From a candidate division FCPU426 bacterium (GTDB lineage: Bacteria > Oederibacteriota > Muellerivitia > Muellerivitales > Muellerivitaceae): DNA of 55,884 nt. Each line of letters begins with the position of its first letter. Positions within the stretch are counted from its first letter, which is position 1. The position numbers were made by a program, and so were the translations under genes. The notes beneath the pieces were generated by a model, which searched no databases, was not told the DNA's origin, and saw nothing but the letters and a program-made list of their open reading frames with translations. This document shows positions 1-8,233 of this stretch, piece by piece. Location of the stretch: NCBI GenBank assembly GCA_963830915.1, contig CAWHOE010000044.1, forward strand, positions 1-55,884, in the 5' to 3' direction.

Positions 1-2
1 AA

Positions 3-2030
3 GGGCTTTATGTCGCCTCCGAATACGGCCTTGCCCAACCGGCCCTAGTCTACAGCCTTTCCCTTTATATCGAACTGGGGTTGGGCCAGGTTCGCGTGGC
101 TATTTACGCCAACAACGCCGGCCTGCCAGGCGCCCTCATCGTCCAATCCCAGCCCCAGGCGGAACAGGCCGGATGGAACATGATCCATATCACCCCCACC
201 TACCTGCCCCCGGGGAACTACTGGCTGGCTTACCAATTCTCCGGGTCGGACTTGGCCGCCACCTATTACACGTCTGGTTCTCCCTCCGGCGTCTATGTGA
301 ACGCCCCTTCCTTCGGTAACTTTCCCTCCAGCTTTCCCCTGACCGGGGTTTATAGCTACAACGCCAACTGGTGCTTTTACGCCAGTTACTGCCCGGTCGC
401 GCTTTACACCAACACACCAACGGCCACGGGGACATTGCCCACCTACACTCCTACCGTCACCTATACCCCTACCTCCACAGCAACTAAAACATGGACGCCT
501 ACTCCCAGCTATACGCCCACTTCCACCCACACGCCGGGCTGCGCCAATACGGTCATCGCCGACATCTCTTCCAACATCAACGGCACACCCGTGATCGGCA
601 ACAATACCGGATTGCCCTCGCTTTACAGCTGTGGGGTTTACGGTCCAGGTTCGGACGCCCTCTACACCTTCTACCTGACCACGCCCCAAACCATCACCGT
701 TTCCAATTGCAATTCGGCATCCAACTGGTTCACGAACTTCAAGATCTTCCAGGGCGCCTGCGGCTGCGGCGACGTAATCGGCTCCAGCGGACCCATGTGC
801 GGCTTCGCCAGCTACGGCTCCCAGCTTTCGGTGACCTTGGGAACCGGAAGGTATTACCTGACAGTGGAAGGTTACACGTCGGCGGATCACGGCAATTACC
901 AGATTTGGATCAGCAACCTCATCCCCACGGCCACGCCTACCTCTACCTATACGCCGACTTTCAGCCTCACCCCCACCTGGACCGGCACCTTTACCGCCAC
1001 TTTCACCCGAACCTCAACCCCCACCATCACCAATACCCCCACCGGCACCCTGCCCACGGCGACCTTCACGGGTACTCCTACCAGTACCCCCACGACCACC
1101 CCCACCGCCTCCATTCACTGGGTCGAAGCCACCAGTTGGGGCGGGTTCGACAATCGCGAAGGGTTCGACGCGACGGTTTTCAACAACAACTTGTGGATCG
1201 CGGGAGGGAACGGCAACGGCGGCAACTGTCTCAACGATGTCTGGTCCTCGCCCGACGGCGTCAACTGGACCGAAGCCGTTACCAACGCCGCCTGGTCCGC
1301 CCGCCAATGGGCCTCCCTGGTCACCTTCGATAACGGTGAAGGAGCGGGACCCCAACTTTGGCTGGTCGGGGGTGATACCTGCTCCAATAACGCCTTCGCC
1401 GATGTCTGGTCGTCACCCGATGGCGCCACCTGGAGCGCCGCCACCACCACCGCGGCCTTTGGGCCTCGCGACATGCAAGGCTGCGTGGTCCTCAACGGCA
1501 AAATGTACGTGATGGGCGGCGTAAACCTCAGCACCTATTACGACGACGCCTGGTCCTCGCCCGACGGCGTCAACTGGACACGAACCACGGCTTCAATCGG
1601 CCTGGGAGGGCGTGTCATGTTCGGTTGCGCGGTCTTCAACGGCAAGATCTGGATCGCGGGGGGCGGCAACAACACCTGGCCCTATTACTACAATGATGTG
1701 TGGTCCTCACCCGACGGCATTACCTGGACCCAGGTACTTGCCAACGCGCCCTTCAGCGTCCGCAGCGGCATCAAAATGCTGGTCTATAACAACCAGCTTT
1801 GGGTCCTTTCCGGCGCCGGCTCGACTTCGGACGTGGCGATCTGGAGCTCACCGGACGGGTTGAATTGGACGGAAGAAACCGGCACGCCCGAATATGGGGC
1901 CGCCCGCGACGATTACGCGGCGGCGGTTTTCGCCCCAAGCACGGGACCGAACACAGGAGTGACCTCTATGTGGGTGATCGACGGCAACGGGAGTTTCTAC
2001 TACTTGAGCGATATCTGGCATTCGCCCTGA
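3..2030 (+). CDS. Large exported protein, 5'-truncated by the window edge: beta-sandwich domain, Thr/Pro linkers, PPC-like domain, C-terminal Kelch-like propeller
   Basis: Frame is open from base 3 (GLYVASEY...) into ORF 81-2030. It has PTxT linkers and repeated DVWSSPDGxxW / W-x-x-GG Kelch-like motifs. Confidence 0.8.
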   Translation, partial: GLYVASEYGLAQPALVYSLSLYIELGLGQVRVAIYANNAGLPGALIVQSQPQAEQAGWNMIHITPTYLPPGNYWLAYQFSGSDLAATYYTSGSPSGVYVNAPSFGNFPSSFPLTGVYSYNANWCFYASYCPVALYTNTPTATGTLPTYTPTVTYTPTSTATKTWTPTPSYTPTSTHTPGCANTVIADISSNINGTPVIGNNTGLPSLYSCGVYGPGSDALYTFYLTTPQTITVSNCNSASNWFTNFKIFQGACGCGDVIGSSGPMCGFASYGSQLSVTLGTGRYYLTVEGYTSADHGNYQIWISNLIPTATPTSTYTPTFSLTPTWTGTFTATFTRTSTPTITNTPTGTLPTATFTGTPTSTPTTTPTASIHWVEATSWGGFDNREGFDATVFNNNLWIAGGNGNGGNCLNDVWSSPDGVNWTEAVTNAAWSARQWASLVTFDNGEGAGPQLWLVGGDTCSNNAFADVWSSPDGATWSAATTTAAFGPRDMQGCVVLNGKMYVMGGVNLSTYYDDAWSSPDGVNWTRTTASIGLGGRVMFGCAVFNGKIWIAGGGNNTWPYYYNDVWSSPDGITWTQVLANAPFSVRSGIKMLVYNNQLWVLSGAGSTSDVAIWSSPDGLNWTEETGTPEYGAARDDYAAAVFAPSTGPNTGVTSMWVIDGNGSFYYLSDIWHSP

Positions 2031-2199
2031 GTCCGAACCTAGTCTAAATTTGCCTGACCAGCAATGGCTGACGCTAAAATTATCCCCAATAAATCCTGAT
2101 GCTCCAATGATGTCTTTTCATCTGTTTTTATTACCCCTTAAAACATTTTCAGTATCTCTATCCCACCCGCTTAGGTTTAACTCGTAAACCTCTTTTCCT

Positions 2200-2228
2200 T
2201 TGACCCCCCTTTTTGGATTTTATATAAA
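2200..2228 (+). promoter_or_regulatory. Putative sigma70 promoter upstream of the palindrome array
   Basis: TTGACC (2200-2205), 17 bp spacer, TATAAA (2223-2228), in an AT-rich stretch. Confidence 0.45.
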
Positions 2229-2249
2229 TGCCATGTTCCAACAGGCCGA

Positions 2250-2572
2250 TAGGCCACCCGTCGGAAAAGATGTTTCCGAGCCTCGGAAAGGCTAGGCCAC
2301 CCCTCGGAAGAGATGTTTCCGAGCCTCGGAAAGGCCAGGCCACCCCTCGGAAGAGATGTTTCCGAGCCTCGGAAGAGATGTTTCCGAGCCTCGGAAAGGC
2401 CAGGGCACCCCTCGGAAGAGGTGTTTCCGAGCCTCGGAAAGTCTAGGCCACCCCTCGGAAGAGATGTTTCCGAGCCTCGGAAAGGCCAGGGCACCCCTCG
2501 GAAGAGGTGTTTCCGAGCCTCGGAAAGGCTAGGCCACCCCTCGGAAGAGGTGTTTCCGAGCCTCGGAAATAG
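2250..2572. repeat. Tandem array of seven ~43-bp units carrying 8 copies of the palindrome TTCCGAG-C-CTCGGAA
   Basis: Units start at 2250, 2293, 2336 (65 bp, internal 22-bp duplication), 2401, 2444, 2487 and 2530. Consensus is YAGGSCACCCCTCGGAAGAGRTGTTTCCGAGCCTCGGAAAGGC. Confidence 0.97.
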
Positions 2573-2641
2573 GTTCAGTTCAAGTCGTTAAATCTAAAGT
2601 CTTATTAGTGCAGGGCAATATTTTATAAAGGCGGTGTTTTT

Positions 2642-4042
2642 ATGGCTCAAATCCAACCGGAATCACTCAATTGGCTAGAACAGATTGCCACCCTTGAATC
2701 CATGATTCAAAAGGAAGGTGGTATCAATAGACCCGCAATTCAAGAAGCCTTCAAAATTGGAAAGAGTCAGGTAAGTGATTTTCTTTCTATAAAGGACAGC
2801 TTTGATATAACCGCCCGGCAAAAGATCCGTGAAGCAGCTAAAGCGAATCCACCTTATGTTCTTTCTTTTACTAGTGCTATAGCCGTATCGCGCTTAAAAA
2901 GCCAAGTTGCTGACGCACCAAAAGCGGTAAATGAAGTTTTAGACGAGGTTTTAAAAAGAGGGTTTACTACCAAAGATATAAAAGCTCTTGTGGCTTTAGT
3001 CGCGAGTGGTAAATCAGCCAAAGATTTTGACCCTGAAAACATCGGCCCCGAAGTAACACCGTCCCTGAAATCCAAAACAACGGGATCACCCACCTCTAAA
3101 CCTGCACTCGCCCCCAGTTCAGAGACAATTGATCAGGATCAGGCTGAAGTGGGAAGTGAAATAGAAGACGATACCGATACTGAAGAAGATCCTATTCAGG
3201 CTTCTGCCAGTCCCAAGTCAGACAAAACCCCAAAACACAAGGCACAATCAGGCGGCCCCCAAACCATTGCCATACCGAAATTCATAACGAATCCAATTAA
3301 GGATGTTGGTAAAGAGACCACTGGCGCTTTTTCTGATGTTTGGCATTGGTTGCTCCACATATATAGAAAAGTGTTGGCCATCGTCATCATCTGTTTATTG
3401 TTCATCAGCGCTATCTTGGTGGCTTATGAGCGCCTTATTGAACACCATAGCTTCCATTGGTGCTTCGAAACGATGGTTTCGTCTATAACCAAAACTAATG
3501 ACCAGCCCGAAGCTGTGGAAGCGCCCAAGCCAGTAACCCAAGTGGCCGCTGTTCCAACCATTCAGCCTCAAGTTACGGCCCAAGTGACAGCCGTACCGCC
3601 ACCGGCAAAAGCCAAGGCTAAAAAACACCCATCCGAAAAGATAATCTTTACCAGCGACGAAACAACCAAATTAGCTTTGGACTTCGTCACTAATTACTAC
3701 GGGATCTCTTATAAGAACTTGGATGACATGATGGATTATTTCCACAAATGGCTGAACGACAGTTACGAAGATACTTTTATGGATAAAGTCCTACCCAATG
3801 ATAGAAGGCACGAGATCAAGGACCAGAAATTGGTTTTGTCCTTTAAACCAACCCAACCGGTCAAATATTTGAAGGAAGGGCCGACCTGGGATGAGGTCTT
3901 GGTTCAGGGAACATTGACCACCCGATGCGAAAAAGAAGAGGGAACCGTGACCGTCACCACCGAATCGGTGTCGTTGGCCATCGGTGTGATGCATACCGGC
4001 AGTTCGGATGGGCCGATCTGCGAAGTGAGGGAAGTGGAGTAA
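2642..4042 (+). CDS. Membrane-anchored protein with N-terminal ParB/Spo0J-type HTH domain (no CTPase domain) and C-terminal VirB8/NTF2-like domain
   Basis: IQPESLNWLEQIATLESMI..IQEAFKIGKSQVSDFLSI..LSFTSAIAVSRL..VLKRGFTTKDIKALV parallels ParB LQREDLNPIEEA..LGKSRS.V..L..ISxGHARAL..GLSVRE. TM segment is VLAIVIICLLFISAILVAY. RBS-like AAGGCGG upstream. Confidence 0.7.
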   Translation: MAQIQPESLNWLEQIATLESMIQKEGGINRPAIQEAFKIGKSQVSDFLSIKDSFDITARQKIREAAKANPPYVLSFTSAIAVSRLKSQVADAPKAVNEVLDEVLKRGFTTKDIKALVALVASGKSAKDFDPENIGPEVTPSLKSKTTGSPTSKPALAPSSETIDQDQAEVGSEIEDDTDTEEDPIQASASPKSDKTPKHKAQSGGPQTIAIPKFITNPIKDVGKETTGAFSDVWHWLLHIYRKVLAIVIICLLFISAILVAYERLIEHHSFHWCFETMVSSITKTNDQPEAVEAPKPVTQVAAVPTIQPQVTAQVTAVPPPAKAKAKKHPSEKIIFTSDETTKLALDFVTNYYGISYKNLDDMMDYFHKWLNDSYEDTFMDKVLPNDRRHEIKDQKLVLSFKPTQPVKYLKEGPTWDEVLVQGTLTTRCEKEEGTVTVTTESVSLAIGVMHTGSSDGPICEVREVE

Positions 4043-4095
4043 TCTTGAACCCGCAAGCTAAGGCTAGATTGGGTATACAAAGCCATAGTAAGCAT

Positions 4096-4617
4096 TTGTA
4101 ATAAACACATTGAGTACATCCTGTTCTCTCACAGATTCACCGGCTAACTCCCCCTTCATCCCCCTCTTTCAGAGGGGGAAACACAGTGCCTCACAAGTAA
4201 ACACTTGTAATAAACACATTGAGTACATCCTGTTCTCCCACAGATTCACCGGCTAACTCCCCCCTTCATCCCCCTCTTTCAGAGGGGGAAACACAGTGCC
4301 TCACAAGTAAACACTTGTAATAAACACATTGAGTACATCCTGTTCTCCCACAGATTCACCGGCTAACTCCCCCTTCATCCCCCTCTTTCAGAGGGGGAAA
4401 CACAGTGCCCCACAAGTAAACACTTGTAATAAACACATTGAGTACATCCTGTTCTCTCACAGATTCACCGGCTAACTCCCCCTTCATCCCCCTCTTTCAG
4501 AGGGGGAAACACAGTGCCTCACAAGTAAACACTTGTAATAAACACATTGAGTACATCCTGTTCTCCCACAGATTCACCGGCTAAATTCCCTTCATCCCCC
4601 TCTTTCAGAAGGGGAAA
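4096..4617. repeat. Tandem array of ~4.8 near-identical 109-bp units with REP-like hairpins
   Basis: Units start at 4096, 4205, 4315, 4424 and 4533. They carry TCCCCCTCT-TTC-AGAGGGGGA (one mismatch in the last unit), with ACAAGT-AAAC-ACTTGT spanning unit junctions. Confidence 0.97.
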
Positions 4618-4713
4618 TGCTGTACATAACAAGGATTAAACAAATCCCAAGCATTTTGTACATAAGCGAGCGAAATTCGGTAAAATAACCGAAATTTCCA
4701 CTGAGGGGTCGTT

Positions 4714-4950
4714 ATGGCAAGTCAGCCGTCTTTTGAGGAAACTCTCGCTAAACTCGAAGAAATCGTCGTCAAAATGGAATCCGGGGACCTGAAACTCGAG
4801 GACTCGTTGAAGCTGTTCGAGGAAGGCATGAAGCTGACCAAGGAATGCAACCAACGTTTGAACGACATCGAAAAGAAGGTCAAAACCCTGCTGAAAAACA
4901 CGACCAACAAGCAAGGGGAGACGGGCTCGGCCAAAGGGGACAAGGGCTGA
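4714..4950 (+). CDS. xseB: Exodeoxyribonuclease VII small subunit
   Basis: SFEETLAKLEEIV..MESGDLKLEDSLKLFEEGMKL..C motif; located upstream of ispA/dxs. Confidence 0.95.
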   Translation: MASQPSFEETLAKLEEIVVKMESGDLKLEDSLKLFEEGMKLTKECNQRLNDIEKKVKTLLKNTTNKQGETGSAKGDKG

Positions 4951-4954
4951 ATTA

Positions 4955-5851
4955 ATGTTCCTTCCCATTCCAAATTACATCGAGAATAAAAAGTCCATTG
5001 TGGATGACGCGCTTAAGCGTGTTTTTTCGAATCCGGGAGATTGTCCCAAGAAACTCTGGGACAGCATGAAGTACAGCGTTTTCGCCGGTGGAAAAAGGTT
5101 ACGGCCTGTCCTTTGTTTGGCGGCCAGCGAGATAGTCGGGCTTGATACCCGTTCCGCCCTGCGGATCGCCTGTTCCCTTGAATTGATCCATACCTACAGT
5201 CTCATCCACGACGACCTTCCCGCTTTGGATAACGACGATTATCGACGGGGCCGAAAGACCAACCATAAAGTCTATGGGGAAGCGATGGCCATTCTCGCGG
5301 GTGATGGGCTTTTGACCTTGGCTTTCGATTGGTTATCCGAACCCAAATCCATCCCAAGCCGTTTTCATCCCCATCTCCCGATAGTCATCCATGAGTTGGC
5401 GGGTTTTGCCGGTTATCCGGGTATGGTGGGCGGCCAGGTGGATGACATCCTTTCGGAAAAAAAGAATCCGAATTTTAAGATGGTCCATTCCATCCACCGA
5501 AGAAAAACCGGCGCCATGTTATTGGCCAGCGTACGGCTTCCGGCCTTACTGGCGGGAACAACACCTAAAAAATTGAACGCCTTGAGCCGTTACGGTAGAT
5601 CAGCCGGTCTGGCTTTCCAGATCGTCGATGACATCCTCAACGAGATCGGGGACAGCAAGACATTAGGGAAGAAATCGGGAAGCGATAAGGCCCGGGGAAA
5701 GATGACCTATCCCGCCGTGATGGGCTTGGAAAGGTCCAAAAGGGAAGTGGAACGGCTCACTCAGGACGCCATTTCTGCCCTCAAGCCTTTGGGCGCCAAA
5801 GCCCATTATCTCGAAGCCTTGGCCCGCTTTATGGCGGAAAGGACCTATTGA
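4955..5851 (+). CDS. ispA: Polyprenyl (farnesyl/geranylgeranyl) diphosphate synthase
   Basis: GGKRLRP, HTYSLIHDDLPALDNDDYRRG, GLAFQIVDDIL motifs. Confidence 0.95.
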   Translation: MFLPIPNYIENKKSIVDDALKRVFSNPGDCPKKLWDSMKYSVFAGGKRLRPVLCLAASEIVGLDTRSALRIACSLELIHTYSLIHDDLPALDNDDYRRGRKTNHKVYGEAMAILAGDGLLTLAFDWLSEPKSIPSRFHPHLPIVIHELAGFAGYPGMVGGQVDDILSEKKNPNFKMVHSIHRRKTGAMLLASVRLPALLAGTTPKKLNALSRYGRSAGLAFQIVDDILNEIGDSKTLGKKSGSDKARGKMTYPAVMGLERSKREVERLTQDAISALKPLGAKAHYLEALARFMAERTY

Positions 5852-5869
5852 TTTGTTGAGGCCCGACCT

Positions 5870-6292
5870 TTGACATCCAAGATCTTTTACATCACGGCGA
5901 TAGCCTGGGCCGTCGCCCAAGGGTTGAAAGTGTTGCTTTATTATTTTCGCTACCATAAAATCAACTTTCGCCTTTTTATCGGTTCGGGAGGCATGCCTAG
6001 CTCCCATTCGACTTTGGTCTCTTGTTTGTCCACGACGATCGGGTTGCAAACGGGTTGGAATTCCCCGGTGTTTCTTTTATCCCTTGGAATGGCCTTGATC
6101 ATCATGACCGACGCCGCTGGCGTTCGAAGGGCGGCTGGGCTTCAAGCCAAGATATTGAATGAGATGATGGATGACCTTTATTCCTCCAGGCCCATTCCCC
6201 ATCAAAAACTCAAGGAACTCATTGGCCATACTCCGGTTCAGGTCCTGGTGGGGGCTTTGTTAGGTATCGCGATAGGTTGGCTTCTGTACTAA
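5870..6292 (+). CDS. Divergent PAP2 family (DUF212) membrane protein
   Basis: SGGMPSSHS, DAAGVRRAAG, LKELIGHTP motifs; usual position after ispA. Confidence 0.92.
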   Translation: MTSKIFYITAIAWAVAQGLKVLLYYFRYHKINFRLFIGSGGMPSSHSTLVSCLSTTIGLQTGWNSPVFLLSLGMALIIMTDAAGVRRAAGLQAKILNEMMDDLYSSRPIPHQKLKELIGHTPVQVLVGALLGIAIGWLLY

Positions 6293-6315
6293 AAAATTCT
6301 GACTGAGAAGGTTTC

Positions 6316-8232
6316 ATGTACGAATATCTGGATAAGATCGATTCTCCGGCCCAATTGAGGGCGCTTCCTCCCGAGGCACTGCCCAAGATCGCGGAAGAAT
6401 TACGGGATTTTTTGGTTACGTCCGTCGCCAAAACGGGCGGTCATCTGGGTTCGTCCTTGGGAGCGGTCGAATTGACCCTGGCCCTCCATTATGTGTATGA
6501 CACCCCTCAGGACAGGATCGTTTGGGATACGGGACATCAAGCTTATGGGCATAAAGCCATCACCGGCCGCCGGGAACAATTTCCCACCCTTCGCCAGGCG
6601 GACGGACTTTGCGGGTTCCCCAAGAGAAGTGAAAGCGTTTATGACACATTCGCCGTTGGCCACGCAGGCACGGCCCTTTCCGCCGCCTTTGGAATGGCCA
6701 TGGCCAGGGACCTTCAAGGGAAGAACTTTCAAGTGGTTTCCGTGGTGGGCGACGCGTCGATCTCGAACGGTTTGTCCTTGGAAGCCCTCAATAACATTGG
6801 CGACCATCCCGAATTGAACCTTACGGTCATACTCAATGACAATGAGATGTCCATCTCGCCGAATGTGGGCGCGCTTTCTTCATACTTGAACAAGATCCTC
6901 GCTGGCAAATCCTTCAACGAGGCTAAAAGCCGTTTGGAAAAGATACTCGACGGTATCCCGAAGGTCGGGCATCAGGTCTTGCAGGTGGCCCATCACGCGG
7001 AGGAAGCCCTCAAAGGATTCATGACCCCGGGGACTTTGTTCGAGGAATTAGGGTTGCATTATTACGGGCCCATCAACGGACACGACCTCAGGACATTGGT
7101 TGAGATATTGAAAAAAGTGAAACAGCTCAAGGGCCCCATCCTGCTCCATCTAGTCACGCAAAAAGGCATGGGTTATGGCCCGGCGGAAGATAACCCGGAG
7201 CGTTTCCATGGGGTGACCGTATTCGACAAAGACACTGGGAAAAGCGTCACTATTCCGGGGGCTGTCTCGGCGCCTTCGTACACCAAGGTGTTTGGGGACG
7301 CATTGACCGAATTGGGGAAGGATCATCCCAAGATCATCGCCATCACCGCCGCCATGCCGGAAGGCACGGGCTTGAAGAAATTCGCGGAAACTTTCCCTAA
7401 CCGATTCTTCGACGTGGGTATCGCGGAAGGCCACGCCGTCACGATGGCCGCGGGAATGGCCTGCGAGGGGATCAAACCGGTCGTGGCCATCTATTCCACC
7501 TTTTTACAAAGGGCCTATGACCAGATCATCCATGACGTTTGCTTACAAAAATTACCCGTTGTCTTCGCGCTGGATAGGGGCGGTTTGGTGGGCGAGGACG
7601 GGGAAACACACCAGGGAGTTTACGACCTTTCTTATCTGCGCTGCGTCCCGAACCTGGTGGTTATGGCGCCTTCGGATGAGAACGAACTTCGTAACATGCT
7701 TTATACCGCCGTGGAATATTCAGGCCCCATCGCCCTTCGCTATCCTCGGGGAAGCGGGGAAGGGGTTGTTTTAGAAACGGGGTTCAAGAAAATCGAGATA
7801 GGAAAAGCGAAGATAGTGGAAGAAGGCTCCCAGTACGCTCTGTTGGCGGTGGGGCGCATGGTCGGGGTCGCCAAACAAGTGTCGGCGGCCTTGAGAAAAG
7901 AAGGGCTAACCGGCATGGTGGTGGACATGAGGTTCGTAAAACCCCTGGACAAAGAACTGATCCTCTCTGTCGCCAAGAAGGTAAAAACCATCCTGACCCT
8001 CGAGGAGAACGTCTTGATGGGAGGCTTTGGAAGCGGCGTTTTGGAACTGCTCATGAGCAACGGGCTAACGGACTGCGCGGTGAAATGCGTGGGTATCCCT
8101 GATAAATTCATCGAACACGCCAAGCCCCAATTGCAGAGGGAGTTATGCGGCCTGGATGGTCCCCACATCATGGAAGAGGTCCGGAAAATGTTGAAGGACC
8201 GAACGGCCTATACCCTGGGAAACGTTTCTTAA
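6316..8232 (+). CDS. dxs: 1-deoxy-D-xylulose-5-phosphate synthase
   Basis: GGHLGSSLGAVEL, WDTGHQAY, DVGIAEGHA, IYSTFLQRAYDQ motifs. Confidence 0.97.
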   Translation: MYEYLDKIDSPAQLRALPPEALPKIAEELRDFLVTSVAKTGGHLGSSLGAVELTLALHYVYDTPQDRIVWDTGHQAYGHKAITGRREQFPTLRQADGLCGFPKRSESVYDTFAVGHAGTALSAAFGMAMARDLQGKNFQVVSVVGDASISNGLSLEALNNIGDHPELNLTVILNDNEMSISPNVGALSSYLNKILAGKSFNEAKSRLEKILDGIPKVGHQVLQVAHHAEEALKGFMTPGTLFEELGLHYYGPINGHDLRTLVEILKKVKQLKGPILLHLVTQKGMGYGPAEDNPERFHGVTVFDKDTGKSVTIPGAVSAPSYTKVFGDALTELGKDHPKIIAITAAMPEGTGLKKFAETFPNRFFDVGIAEGHAVTMAAGMACEGIKPVVAIYSTFLQRAYDQIIHDVCLQKLPVVFALDRGGLVGEDGETHQGVYDLSYLRCVPNLVVMAPSDENELRNMLYTAVEYSGPIALRYPRGSGEGVVLETGFKKIEIGKAKIVEEGSQYALLAVGRMVGVAKQVSAALRKEGLTGMVVDMRFVKPLDKELILSVAKKVKTILTLEENVLMGGFGSGVLELLMSNGLTDCAVKCVGIPDKFIEHAKPQLQRELCGLDGPHIMEEVRKMLKDRTAYTLGNVS

Positions 8233-8233
8233 A

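Noticed and set aside
2250..2572. CRISPR array
   Set aside because: The sequence between palindromes is itself repeated rather than unique, and no cas genes are present.
2158..2591. Short ORFs over the 43-bp array (e.g. 2177-2494, 2228-2446, 2313-2591)
   Set aside because: The period is not a multiple of 3, the peptides cycle through frames, and there is no clear RBS. They are by-products of the repeat.
2642..4042. Canonical chromosomal parB/spo0J
   Set aside because: It lacks the N-terminal CTPase domain, has a TM helix, and has no adjacent parA.
4096..4617. CRISPR array or tRNA cluster
   Set aside because: Units are near-identical end to end with no spacers, and show no cloverleaf or T-loop motifs.
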